Part shown: one piece after another, positions 24,728 to 37,013 of the stretch | Layout of the letters: every line of letters begins with the position of its first letter | Numbering within the stretch: position 1 is the first letter of the stretch | Source: Octopus sinensis | Taxonomy: Eukaryota | Direction: 5' to 3' | DNA length: 64,000 nt | Assembly: GCF_006345805.1 (NCBI RefSeq) | Contig: NC_042998.1 | Span: 51,770,001 to 51,834,000, forward strand | Program-made: the position numbers and the translations under genes | The notes under the pieces: model-generated | What the model saw: the letters and a program-made list of their open reading frames with translations, nothing else | What the model was told of the DNA's origin: nothing | Database searches by the model: none

Positions 24728-25281
24728 ATATATGAATAATAAGAAAATGGAAACATTGAAGTTAATAAGAAATAGAAGTAGAGAGATGTGTCACTGAAAA
24801 GATTGCAACAATGCAATGAAATAAATATTTGACAAAAAAAAGAAATGACAACACTAACAATACTGAACATATGAACGATTAACTGCTTGACGAAAGTGTT
24901 TGACATGTGAGTTGGAAAAGTAACAATAACAATAAAGTAACAATAACGTAACAATAACAACAAAGGACTGAACCAGTGTGTGTGTTTATTATTACCAGCA
25001 TAATGCTCCTCCCAAGGTTCAATAGTATTTCTTTCAACACATGAATTCACAACAAGAATTTTGCATGCCAAATAAAAATTTGAACTATAATAAGAGTTAA
25101 TTATCAGCAAAAAAATCCAATATAACCTCTATTTGAATTATACACACACACACACACACATATATATATTAGAGAAAAGCCACTATTATGTAATTCAAAC
25201 AATGACAGACATAAACCATATCATATAGAAAAAATAAAATAAATATCTAGATCACAAACAATATTAGGGAGTTATACTGCC

Positions 25282-25282
<1 letters not shown>

Positions 25283-25322
<40 letters not shown>

Positions 25323-25430
25323 TATTATTATTGTTGTTGTTGTGTTTTTGTTGTTGTTGTCATTCTTCTTCTTCTTCTTCTTATTATTATTATTGTTTTT
25401 ATTATTATATTATTATTATTATTATTATTA

Positions 25431-25492
<62 letters not shown>

Positions 25493-25522
25493 TGTTTTTT
25501 ATTATATTATTATTATTACTGG

Positions 25523-25582
<60 letters not shown>

Positions 25583-25608
25583 TTATTATTTTACTATTAT
25601 TACTATTA

Positions 25609-25650
<42 letters not shown>

Positions 25651-25652
25651 GT
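25283..25652. repeat. Long imperfect (ATT)n tract with GTT/CTT segments
   Basis: Direct inspection. Confidence 0.95.
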
Positions 25653-26160
25653 TATATATATATATATATAATGGGCTTCTTTTGGTTTCTGTTTATCAAA
25701 TCCACTCACAAGGCATTGGTCAGCCCGATGCTATAGTAGAAGACACTTGCTCAAGGTGTTATGCAGTGAGACTGAACTCGGGGTCATGTGGTTGGGAAGT
25801 AAGCTTCTTATCATATAGCCCCACCTGCACCTGCAAAAAAAAAATTGAAAAAATAATAAAAAGCAGTGTAGTTTATACTTGCTATTTTATCTTGAAAACA
25901 TTCCTTGCAGTACTTTTTGGTCTACAGTGTAGGCATTACTTAATTGTTTGTTTGCATTCCTAGTTTCATTTGTAAGTGCATATGTACTCACAAATGAAAC
26001 TGAATGAAAAGCTCTGAATGCATTGTCATATTATTTGCTTTATGTTGATGGTGGTATATGGTGTCAGGGTTGTGTATTGTATTGTTACTGGTTCATGAAG
26101 CATGGCGATCACCTACTGCTGCTACCCAGGCTGGCTTAGCAGCATTATAAGCTTCTAGAT

Positions 26161-26361
26161 CAGTGCTTTTCAAACTTTTTGCTGGAGCAGAACCCCAAGG
26201 AAACATTTCACTGGCTTGAGGAACCCCTGTGCAATAATTTAATAGTCTTATGCACACATATCTGCACAGAAGTTTTTAAAATTACTGCTGATTTTAGCAG
26301 TTTTGTAACTTCTTGCGGAATCCCTAGACTGTACTGGCGGAACCCTGGTTGAAAACCACTA
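26161..26361. mobile_element. hAT (Charlie-type) MITE
   Basis: CAGTGCTTTTCAAAC / GTTGAAAACCACTA; 8-bp TSD ttctagat at 26153-26160 and 26362-26369. Confidence 0.85.
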
Positions 26362-27295
26362 TTCTAGATAAATCAATGCTCTGGCCCCTACAGATTTTAA
26401 AATATTGACAGAAAACCACAGTTTTCATAAATTAATAGATTACAATTGAGCCCCTAAACATGTGAGGGCCCTAAAGTATTTATTTATCGACAGCAAGGCA
26501 CAACATACATAGATTAGAATTAGGCCCCAAGACACATGAAGCCATTGAGTAAATCTATGCACTGGACTCTATAGTATTTATATATTGATTTCCAATTTTG
26601 GCGGAAGGGATTAGTTGATTATATTGACCACACCACTCAACTAGTACTTGTTTTATTGACCCTGAAAGGATGAAAAGCAAAGCTGACCTTAGTGGAATTT
26701 GAACTCAGAACATGAAGATGGACAAAATGTCACTAAGTATTTTGCCCAGTATCCTTACAATTCTGCCAGCTCACCACCTTTATAGTGGTGCGTGTGTGTG
26801 TGTGTGTGTAGATATATATATATATATATAATATATATATGTATATATATTTAAAAATATATATATATATATATATATTACAGGGAAAAATTCAATTTAA
26901 CAATTTTAAATCAAATTTCACAATATATGATATATGTATATAATTTAGAGAAAAACCACTATTAAACAATTCAATAAAGAAAGATATTATTCACACATTC
27001 ACACTATATAGAAAACATATACTATAAAAAAAAACTTATTTTAAATCAATAAAGTACAATAAATAGTAAACAGTAGTAAAAAGACTACGCACGTTACATG
27101 GCTATATTTTCAAATAGATAATAATAATAAAATCAATTCGATTCAAAATTAAATCGAACTAAAATTAATTCTATTTAAAAATATAGTCCCTCATTTATTC
27201 TACTATTATTATTTTTCATTTTTTATTATTTATTATTTTAGACCTGATGAGTGACTTTATTTTAAAATAGAATTAAGTAAAAGATATGTATATAT

Positions 27296-27683
27296 CATCA
27301 TCATCATCATCATCATCGTTTAACGTCCGTTCTCCATGCTAGCATGGGTTGGACGGTTCAACCGGGGATCTGGGAAGCCAGAAGGCTGCACCAGGCTCCA
27401 GTCTTATCTGGCAATGTTTCTACAGCTGGATGCCCTTCCTAACACCAACCACTCCGTGAGTGTAGTGGGTGCTTTTTACGTGCCACCTGCACAGGTGCAA
27501 GGCGAGGCTGGCAATGGCCATGGTCGGATTGGTGTATTTTACGTGCCACCGGCATGGAAGCCAGTCGAGGCGGCGCTGGCATCGGCCACGAGTCGGATAG
27601 TGCTTTTTACGTACCACCAGACCAGGGGTCCTGGCTGGTTCAATTCGATTTCGATTCGATTCGCTTGTCCCAACATGTCTTCA
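27296..27683 (-). mobile_element. RTE 3' tail copy
   Basis: (cat)n then tttaacgtccgttctccatgctagcatgg...; includes the tcgatttcgattcgatt module. Confidence 0.85.
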
Positions 27684-27700
27684 TATATATATATATATAT

Positions 27701-28097
27701 CTTTTACTCTTTTACTCTTTTACATGTTTCAGTCATTTGACTGCGGCCATGCTGGAGCACCGCCTTTAGTCGAGCAAATCGACCCCGGGACTTATTCTTT
27801 GTAAGCCCAGTACTTATTCTATCGGTCTCTTTTGCCGAACTGCTAAGTGACAGGGACGTAAACACACCAGCATCGGTTGTCAAGCAATGCTAGGGGTACA
27901 AACACAGACACACAAACACATACATATACATATATAGGACAGGCTTCTTTCAGTTTCCGTCTACCAAATCCACTCACAAGGCATTGGTCAGCCCAGGACT
28001 ATAGCAGAAGACACTTGCCCAAGATGCCATGCAGTGGGACTGAACCTGGAACCATGTGGTTGGTTAGCAAGCTACTTACCACACAGCCACTCCTGCG

Positions 28098-28099
<2 letters not shown>
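27701..28099 (-). mobile_element. SINE family A, full length
   Basis: Full family A sequence in reverse orientation. Confidence 0.9.
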
Positions 28100-28139
<40 letters not shown>

Positions 28140-29235
28140 TCTAGTGGTCCCCACTATAATCTGTGTATGCTGTAGCTCCCTGTCAGTATATAAATATTAT
28201 AAGATCCAGTGCATTGATTTGCCCAGGGGGCTCAGAGATTTAGAGGCCAGTACTTTGGTGTGTCTGTTTGTCCCCCCATCATCGCTTGACAAAAAATGTT
28301 GGTGTGTTTACATACCTGTAACTTTGAAACAAATATATATATATATTTGTTTCAAATTTTGGCACAAGGCCAGCAATTTCAGGAGGTGGGTAAGTCAGTC
28401 AATCAATTATATTGATACCGATGTTCAACTGGCTCTTATTTTATTGACCCCAGAAGGATGAAAGTCAAAGTTAACCTCAGTGGAATTTGAACTCAGAATG
28501 TGAAGCTGGATGAAATTCTACTCAGTATTTCTCCTAGTATGTTAATGATTCTGCCAGCTCACCACTTTACTATAGCATATTCTTTTGTTCATTTATTCTG
28601 TTAATTGTTTCAGTCATTTGACTGTGGCCATGCTGAAGCATCCCCTTTAGTCAAACAAATCGACTCCAGGAAATATTCTTTGTAAGCTTAGTACTTATTC
28701 TATTGGTATTTTTTTCCAAACCGCTAAGTTACAGGTATGTAAACACACCAACATTTTTTGTCAAGCGATGATGGGGGGACAAACAGACACACACAAACAT
28801 AAATATATACATATATATATCGTTCACAATGACCTCGAACCCACAACAATAAATAAGAGAGACAGAGACAGGCAGAAACAACAAAAATGCCACTTGTATT
28901 TGAACACTATGCAAATATTCTTTTAAAAAATCTTTTCTTTTAATTTTTCCAAAATTTAATTTTTTCCCATACTTACAGTTGAAAAAGTCTCAATGACTGA
29001 AACCGGTACTGAAATGTTTTTTGTAAAATTATTTTAGTATTTTCTATTTTGACTTTTTTCCCCCTATATTTACATATATATATAAAGACATGACTGGCTT
29101 CTTTCAGTTTCTGTCTACCAAATTCAATCACAAGGCTTTGGTCAGACCGAAGCTGCATGGAAGATACTGCCCAAGGTGCCACACAGTGGGACTAAATCCA
29201 GAACCATGTGATTTAGAAACAAGCCATGCCTGTGC

Positions 29236-29277
<42 letters not shown>

Positions 29278-29311
29278 CTATTTATATATATAAATATACA
29301 TATATATATAT

Positions 29312-29375
<64 letters not shown>

Positions 29376-29469
29376 AATATACATATATAATCTATATATA
29401 TATACATATATATATATAATATAATTTATTTGCAATCAGAGTTGTTCGAAACTGAGGTACTACTGTAGA

Positions 29470-29499
<30 letters not shown>

Positions 29500-29501
<2 letters not shown>

Positions 29502-29690
29502 CGCCATGATAGATCGTTAGCCACTACACACATTTTTTTTTCTCTCCTTGTTTTTTCTGTGTCCCCTTTCTGTAGAAGAGCTTAGGCTCGAAATGTAAAA
29601 GACTTTTTCTATTCCTGAGCATTATACTATACATCTGTTTGTTTTGTACACCACCTGTCTTCGTCTTTTGTTTTTTTCGTAAACTCTCCC

Positions 29691-29692
<2 letters not shown>
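29500..29692 (+). mobile_element. Short hammerhead-like element flanked by (TA)n
   Basis: cttt CTGTAGA A GAGC ttag GCTC GAAA TGTA aaag at 29566-29601; shares downstream ttcctgagc with 36740-36950. Confidence 0.6.
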
Positions 29693-29762
<70 letters not shown>

Positions 29763-30410
29763 ATATATATACACATATATATATATTGACAACAAACCAC
29801 AGCATACATAGAAATAGAATGGGCCCTAAATCTCTGAGCCCCCTGGGCAAATCAATGCACTGGATTTATAATATTTATATACACTGACAGGGAGCTACAG
29901 CATACACAGATTATAGTGGGGACCACTAGATCTGTGAGGGACCCCTAGCAATTGCACTGGGTTCCTATGTTTTAAGACAGCACCATTGCTACTGCTTTCT
30001 TGTTACTCATGGCAGCATGTCCATCTCACAATACACATTTCATTCAAAAGTACACTTTATTGAGTGTCCAAGGTGACTGGTAGGAATTTTGAAGAAATGC
30101 ACATTATGTCATTTATTATTGTAAAATATGTGTCGTTTTATGTGTGTATATATGTATCTGTGTGTTTGTGCACATGTGTGTGTGTGTGTATCTGTGTGTA
30201 TGTGTGTGTACATATGTCTGTGTTTGTGTGCATGTGTGTGTGTGTATTTGTGTATGTGTGTGAATATGTGTGTATCTGTGTGCTTGTATGTGCATGTGTG
30301 TGACATGTATATGTGTGTGTGTATTCTGTGTGCGTGCATTGTATATGTGCTTGGTAAGATGGCAGAACTGTTAGTATGCTTGCTATTACAAAATGCTTTT
30401 TTCTGTGTAA

Positions 30411-30640
30411 GACGGCGAGCTGGAAGAAACATTAGCACACCGGGCGAAATGCTTTGCGGTATTTTGTCTGCCGTTACATTCTGAGTTCAAATTCTGCCTA
30501 GGTCGACTTTGCCTTTCATCCTTTCGGGGTCGATTAAATAAGTACCAGTTACGCACTGGGGTCGATATGATCAACTTAATCCGTGTGTCTGTCCTTGTTT
30601 GTCCTCTCTGTGTTTAGCCCCTTGTGGGTAGTAAAGAAAT
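30411..30640 (+). mobile_element. SINE family B nested in an older family B copy (30350-30760)
   Basis: Full inner copy ending gtaaagaaat; outer head lies before it and outer core resumes after it. Confidence 0.75.
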
Positions 30641-31269
30641 AGGTATTTTGTCTGTCTTTGTGTTCTGATTTCAAATTCCACCAAAGTCAACTTCCCCTTT
30701 CATCCTTTCAAGGTCAATGAAATAAATACCAGCTGAGTATTGGAATCGATATAATCAGGCCTTAGAGCTATAGGAAAAAAGATTGTGTATATGGGTTTGT
30801 ATATTACACTGTTTGTACACGTGACTTTCATTTATATTTTTCCTCTCATATGTCTTGTGTGTGTATATGGGTTGGTATACTGTACTGTTAATACCTGTGT
30901 CATCTATATACTTTTTGTCCTAATTCTGTTTTTACTTGTAAGGTTGTGTATTGTGGCATGTGGTGGGGTGTGGTGTGGTGGAGTGGGGGTGTTATGACTC
31001 ATTTCGTGTTTCCTGTTGAGGGTCTGTCTATTGAAGGTAGACCAATATATATCAGTGTAACTACATGTGGTCCATTGGTGATATATTCTCTTCTCTTCTT
31101 TGGAATTTTCTTTTTTCTCCTTTCCAACGAAGAGCTATGCTTGAAATGTTAAACTCTCTTCTTCCACTGAGCATCAAGTTAATATACTTCTTGTGCACGT
31201 CTTCACATTCTTTGTTTTTCTTCTTTTTTATCCATTTATTTGAATTGACTATGTATGTATGTATGTATG

Positions 31270-31336
<67 letters not shown>

Positions 31337-31622
31337 CTCTTTTACTCTTTTACTTGTTTGAGTCATTTGACTGTGGCCATGCTGGAGCACTGCCTTTAGT
31401 TGAGCAAATTTACCCCAGGACTTATTCTTTGTAAGCTTAGTAAGTACTTTTCTATCGCTTCTGGCCGAACTGCTAAGTTACGGGGATGTAAACACAACAA
31501 CATTGGTTGTCAATCAATGTTGGAAGGACAAACACAGACACACAAACACACACACACACATATATATATACAATCACACACACATATATTTATATATATA
31601 ATTATTTATATACTATATATAT

Positions 31623-31655
<33 letters not shown>

Positions 31656-31879
31656 ACAAACGGGCTTCTTTCAGTTTCTGTCTACTAAATCCATTCACAA
31701 GGCTTTAGTCACCTGAGGCTATGGAAGAAGACACTTGCCCAAGGTGCCATGCAACGGGACTGACCCTGGAATCATGTGGTTGGTAACCAAGCTACTTACC
31801 ACACAGCCACTCTTGCGCCTATATATATATTATATATATATATATATCATCATCATCATCATTTAGCGTCCGTTTTCCA

Positions 31880-31919
<40 letters not shown>

Positions 31920-32227
31920 GCAAACACAATCACGCATTCAGACACACACATACATACATTAAGACAGTTATATACAGTTACACACACAGGCACTCATTCA
32001 CAAAAGAAATCATTTAAACCCACCATTCTTTTGACCTGCACTTTCTCAAGTTACTATTCTTATGCCTCCCTCCTCCTACTTCGTTTGAACTCTTGAACCT
32101 TTAGAAACTTCTAGATTCTTCTACATTCAGACTCATTATAAAGAGACACTCATTATCGCCATGGGCTCCTTGAGTGCAGTCAGCTAAAAGTTTTTTGTGC
32201 ATTTTGATGTTGACATAAGTTTCCTTG

Positions 32228-32312
32228 ATTTTCCTGAAGAGAAATCTGCATAATGTACTCCTTATTCCTTCGGAATTAGGAATATGCAGCCTTCGAAACA
32301 TATTTCGAGAAT
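32228..32312 (+). ncRNA. Type I hammerhead ribozyme candidate in a PLE-like relic
   Basis: attttc CTGAAGA [stem II gaaatctgcata...tatgcagccttc] GAAA catatt TC gagaat; stem I attttc/gagaat gives 6 bp including one G-U. Confidence 0.6.
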
Positions 32313-33014
32313 AAAGGATATTTGTTAACTAGTCGTTCAACTCCATTCTTTCATATACTTATAATTTTAAAATAAACATACAAATTTCCACACGAAGACA
32401 CGTATAGTCATGCCCTAGTGACGTAGCTTCCGTGTGTTCTTTCTGATGTGAATTTCTACCCAGGTATCGGTTTATTTCGAATTATCCTTATAAGATAATT
32501 CATTCAATTACTCAAATATATATATATATATATGTCATATTAACAGATATATTTACCAAAATTACATAAAAATATCTTGAAATACTGAAGAATAAATTTA
32601 CTCTATAAAATCACCATTGGCTTCAACCAAAGCCTTCAGGCTGTAGTAGATGACACTTACCCTAGGTGCCATGCAGTGGGACTGAACCTGAACCATGTAG
32701 CTGGGAAGCAAGCTTCTTACTACACAGCCATGCCTGCACTTCTGTATATATTTATATGTGTGTGTGTGTGTGTTTGCCGTCACACCATCCTTTGACAACT
32801 GATGTTGGTGTGTTTATGTCTCTATAAACTAGCAGTTCGGCAAACAAGACTAATAGAATAAGTACTAGGCTTACAAAGAATAAGTCCTGGGGTCAATTTC
32901 TTCAATTAAAAACCCTTTGAGGTGGTGCTCCAGCATGGCCGCCGTCATATGACTGAAACAGGTAAAAGAATAAAAGTAAAACTATTTTTAGGAATTGTAT
33001 GAAAAATTGTTTAA

Positions 33015-33238
33015 CCCTTTTGTATTTAAAACAGCCAAATCTGGCCAAATCTTGCCAAAATATCCTGTTTTGTGTTCAAAGCAACCAGATTGGGTCTCTC
33101 ACACCTACTCTACAATGTCATTCAAAAAATATACAGTCACATCATCAAAACCTTGAAGGTACATGATAATGCCTGATAAATTCAAAACAATGTCAATAGA
33201 AAAGAGTTATAATACAATTTAAACTGTGTGCTAAAGGG
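33015..33238. mobile_element. piggyBac-type MITE
   Basis: TTAA|CCCTTT...AAAGGG|TTAA, TSDs at 33011-33014 and 33239-33242. Confidence 0.82.
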
Positions 33239-33668
33239 TTAAATAATATTCTGTGTATTGTAGCAGTATAATTAGTTTATTACATAGGAATTTTAACAAC
33301 AAAATCTTATATGGACCCTTAAAGGTCATGTGAACTCAGGTTGAGAGCAACTGAACTAGACACTTCTAGCCAGTTCCCCACAGCATGACCCAAAGTCCAA
33401 TGACTAAATTAGGTTATTGACCAGCTGTATCTCTGAACACAATCTACCTAATTTTTCTTTTATTTCTTACAAAATCAAAAAAACCTTCTCTGCATGAGTC
33501 AATATTCTTTTGTATTATTGACACTCCTTAACACTGACCCATTGCAAACACTTCTTCCATTCTCTCCCACCACCTTCTGCTCAACACCAAATAGTATCAG
33601 TTTACCTCAACACTATCTCTTCCGCCCCTCCCCCTACCATGTCACAACACAATACATGTCATTATTTT

Positions 33669-33822
33669 CTGTCTTTACATTCTTAGTTCAAAGTTGAGGT
33701 CCACTTTCCCTTTCATCCTTTCAGGATCAATAAATTAAGTACAAGTTGCATACTGAGTTCCATCTAATTAACTTGCCCCCCCCCTCAAAATTTTGGGCCT
33801 TGTGCCTAGAGTAGAAAAGAAC
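33669..33822 (+). mobile_element. 5'-truncated SINE B with alternative 3' tail
   Basis: 15-bp TSD acatgtcattatttt (33654-33668, 33823-33837); tail aaaattttgggccttgtgcctagagtagaaaag. Confidence 0.78.
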
Positions 33823-34358
33823 ACATGTCATTATTTTGTCCACTGACCAAGTATCCCCACCAGATCACAGATGTAAAGTTACCCTCCCCCTTCTGTGATT
33901 TGCCTTTTTATCTTTTATCTTTTGCTTGTTTCAGTCATTAGACTGTGGCCATGTTGGGGCACCACCAGATATATTTTTATAATAATATATGATATATATA
34001 TATATATATATATATAAGCGCAGGATTGGCTGTGTGGTAAGAAGCTTGCTTACCAACCACATGATTCCAGGTTCAGTCCCACTGCATGGCACCTTGGGCA
34101 AGTGTCTTCTACTCGGGCTGACCAAAGTCTTGTGAGTGGATTTGGTAGATGGAAACTGAAAGAAGCCCGTCGTATATATGTATATGTATATATATGACAG
34201 TTACAGGTGTGGCTGTATGCTAAGAAGCTTGGTTCCCAACCACATGGTTCTGGGTTCTATCCCACTGCATGACACCTAGGACAAGTGTCTGCTATAACCT
34301 CAGGTGGCCAAAGCCTTGTAAGTAGATTTGTTAGACAGAAACTGATAGAAGCCCGTTG

Positions 34359-34389
<31 letters not shown>

Positions 34390-34651
34390 GCATGTACATA
34401 AATATTTGTGCATCTGTGTTTGTCTCCACACCATCGCTTGACAACTGATGTTGGTGTGTTTATGTCCCCGTAACTTACCGGTTCAGCAAGGGAATACAAT
34501 AGAATAAGTAATAGGCTTACAAAGAATAAGTCCTGGGGTCAATTTGTTTGACTAAAGGCAGTGCTCCAGCATGGCTGCAGTCAAATGACTGAAACAAGTA
34601 AAAAAAAGAATAAAAAAAGAATATCTATCCAGTTATCTATATCTACATCTA

Positions 34652-34722
<71 letters not shown>

Positions 34723-35043
34723 TCATATACATATATATTCCATATGTGACCGTGTGTGTATCGTGTAGAGTCCAGCGAAACTAATTTAAACATACCAATG
34801 TACACATACTTAAGGGTTTTAAAAAATTAAAATATAGTTTATTGTATTGAACTTTGATAAAGTTATATAAGGGCCTGATGATTGGAGTGGCATTTTGAGA
34901 GGGGTTCCAGGGAAACATGGAGTGATTAGGAACCTGAGGATGTACCTCATGAAACACGTGTTGCCAAGTAATAAAACAGTAGGTATTTAAAATAGAAATA
35001 GAAATTATTTTTATTTGGTGAGATGTAGGGGTCTACTATTTCT

Positions 35044-35081
<38 letters not shown>

Positions 35082-35084
<3 letters not shown>

Positions 35085-35937
35085 ACAACTGAGGACACCA
35101 CAAAGAAGAGAAAAACAAGAACAAATCATACCATTTATAGTGACACACAATCCACGCCATCAAAACATCTTCAATATCACTAAAGCAAACCTACCAATCA
35201 TTGCACAAAGTAAAGAATTGAGAAATATCATTACAGATCAAACTTTAACTTTCAGTAAGAGACAGCCTAAAAGCTTGAAAAAGTTATTAACAAAGGCAAG
35301 GTTTGACCTCAGCAACAAAGATCAACCATTCACTGTGTCTAAATGCAGTGATAGCCGTTGCGGTACATCATCATCATCATCATCGTTTAGCATCTGCTTT
35401 CCATGCTAGCATGGGTTGGACGGTTCAACTGGGGTCTGGGAAGCCAGAAGGCAGCACCAGGCTCAGTCTGATCTGGCAATGTTTCTACAGCTGGATGCTC
35501 TTCCTAACGCCAACCACTCCGTGAGTGTAGTAGGTGCTTTTTACGTGCCACCGGCACAGATGCCACATGAGGCTGGCAAACGGCCACGATATGCCAATTA
35601 ATTCATACTGGCCCATATATGAACACAAAAACAGGGAAAATATTCACAAACGCGAACATGAACTGCAAAAGCAGAAATTTAATCTACTGCATAAAATGCC
35701 CAGATTGTGAAGAACTGTATGTTGGCCAGACAGGTAATGCACTTTCAGAACGCTCGCGTGTGCATTGACAACAAATTAAAAACCCAGAAGTCCGCCAAAT
35801 ACCACTGAGTAACCATCCGGCAACATGTGGTCGGAAAACTTTTATGATATTCCCATTTCATAAACTTTACAACCTGAATGAAATTGAGAGAAAAGGACTT
35901 TATTAAGAAATTCAAACCCAAGCTTAACAAACAATGA
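35082..35937 (+). mobile_element. Penelope-like element 3' fragment with GIY-YIG endonuclease, interrupted by an RTE tail (35366-35590)
   Basis: IPFIVTHNP...SKRQPKSLKKLLTKARF...KCSDSRCGT | CQL...NCKSRNLIYCIKCPDCEELYVGQTGNALSER...FIKKFKPKLN; contains a stop and a frameshift. Confidence 0.88.
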
Positions 35938-36855
35938 TTAAATTAATCTTATTTGGAGTCTAAAAATCTTATCCCTATAACTAAAACACATAAAAAATCT
36001 CTAAAAAGTACTGCTGTCATCATTTCTAAAAATAAACATTGAAAAATGGTTTAGCATCATTTCTAAAAATAGCCTAACAACTACTTCTGCTGTCCACAGA
36101 AACATATATAAAGAACAAAAGACAGCCAGTCAACCACAGTTGAAACATTCCTGTCACAACCTAGGACCTTGAAGACTGCTTAATGCAAGAAGGTATACTA
36201 GTCCCTTAATATTTGATATTCAAATTTTCATCTATTAATAAGACAACTGCTAGTATATATATATATATATATATGTATGTGACTGCGTGTGTTCCGTTGG
36301 CGATTTTTTTCCTCTGTCTTCCCTTCTCTGGATCTTTCCTTTTCCTATGTTTCTGAAGAAGATCTCCACTCGAAACGTAAAACCCTCCTGCTTAACAAAC
36401 AATGATTAAATTAATCTTATTTGGAGTCTAAAAATCTTATCCCTATAACTAAAACACATAAAAAATCTCTAAAAAGTACTGCTGTCATCATTTCTAAAAA
36501 TAAACATTGAAAAATGGTTTAGCATCATTTCTAAAAATAGCCTAACAACTACTTCTGCTGTCCACAGAAACATATATAAAGAACAAAAGACAGCCAGTCA
36601 ACCACAGTTGAAACATTCCTGTCACAACCTAGGACCTTGAAGACTGCTTAAATGCAAGAAGGTATACTAGTCCCTTAATATTTGATATTCAATATTTCAT
36701 CTATTCAATAAGACAACTGCTAGTATTATATATATATATATATGTATGTGACTGCGTGTGTTCCGTTTGCGTTTTTTTCCTCTGTCTTCCCTTCTCTGGA
36801 TCTTTCTTTTCCTATGTTTCTGAAGAAGACCTCCACTCGAAACGTAAAACCTCTT
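35922..36855 (+). repeat. Tandem direct duplication of ~468 bp (PLE 3' end plus hammerhead region)
   Basis: gcttaacaaacaatgatta starts at 35922 and 36390; the first ~270 bp are essentially identical. Confidence 0.92.
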
Positions 36856-36955
36856 CTTCCCCCCTCCTTCCTGAGCGTCCAATAATACTATATTTGTTCC
36901 ACGTCCTCGCGTTGTTGTTTTCTCTTTGTATTTTCATGTTAGGATTAACTATATA

Positions 36956-37013
<58 letters not shown>

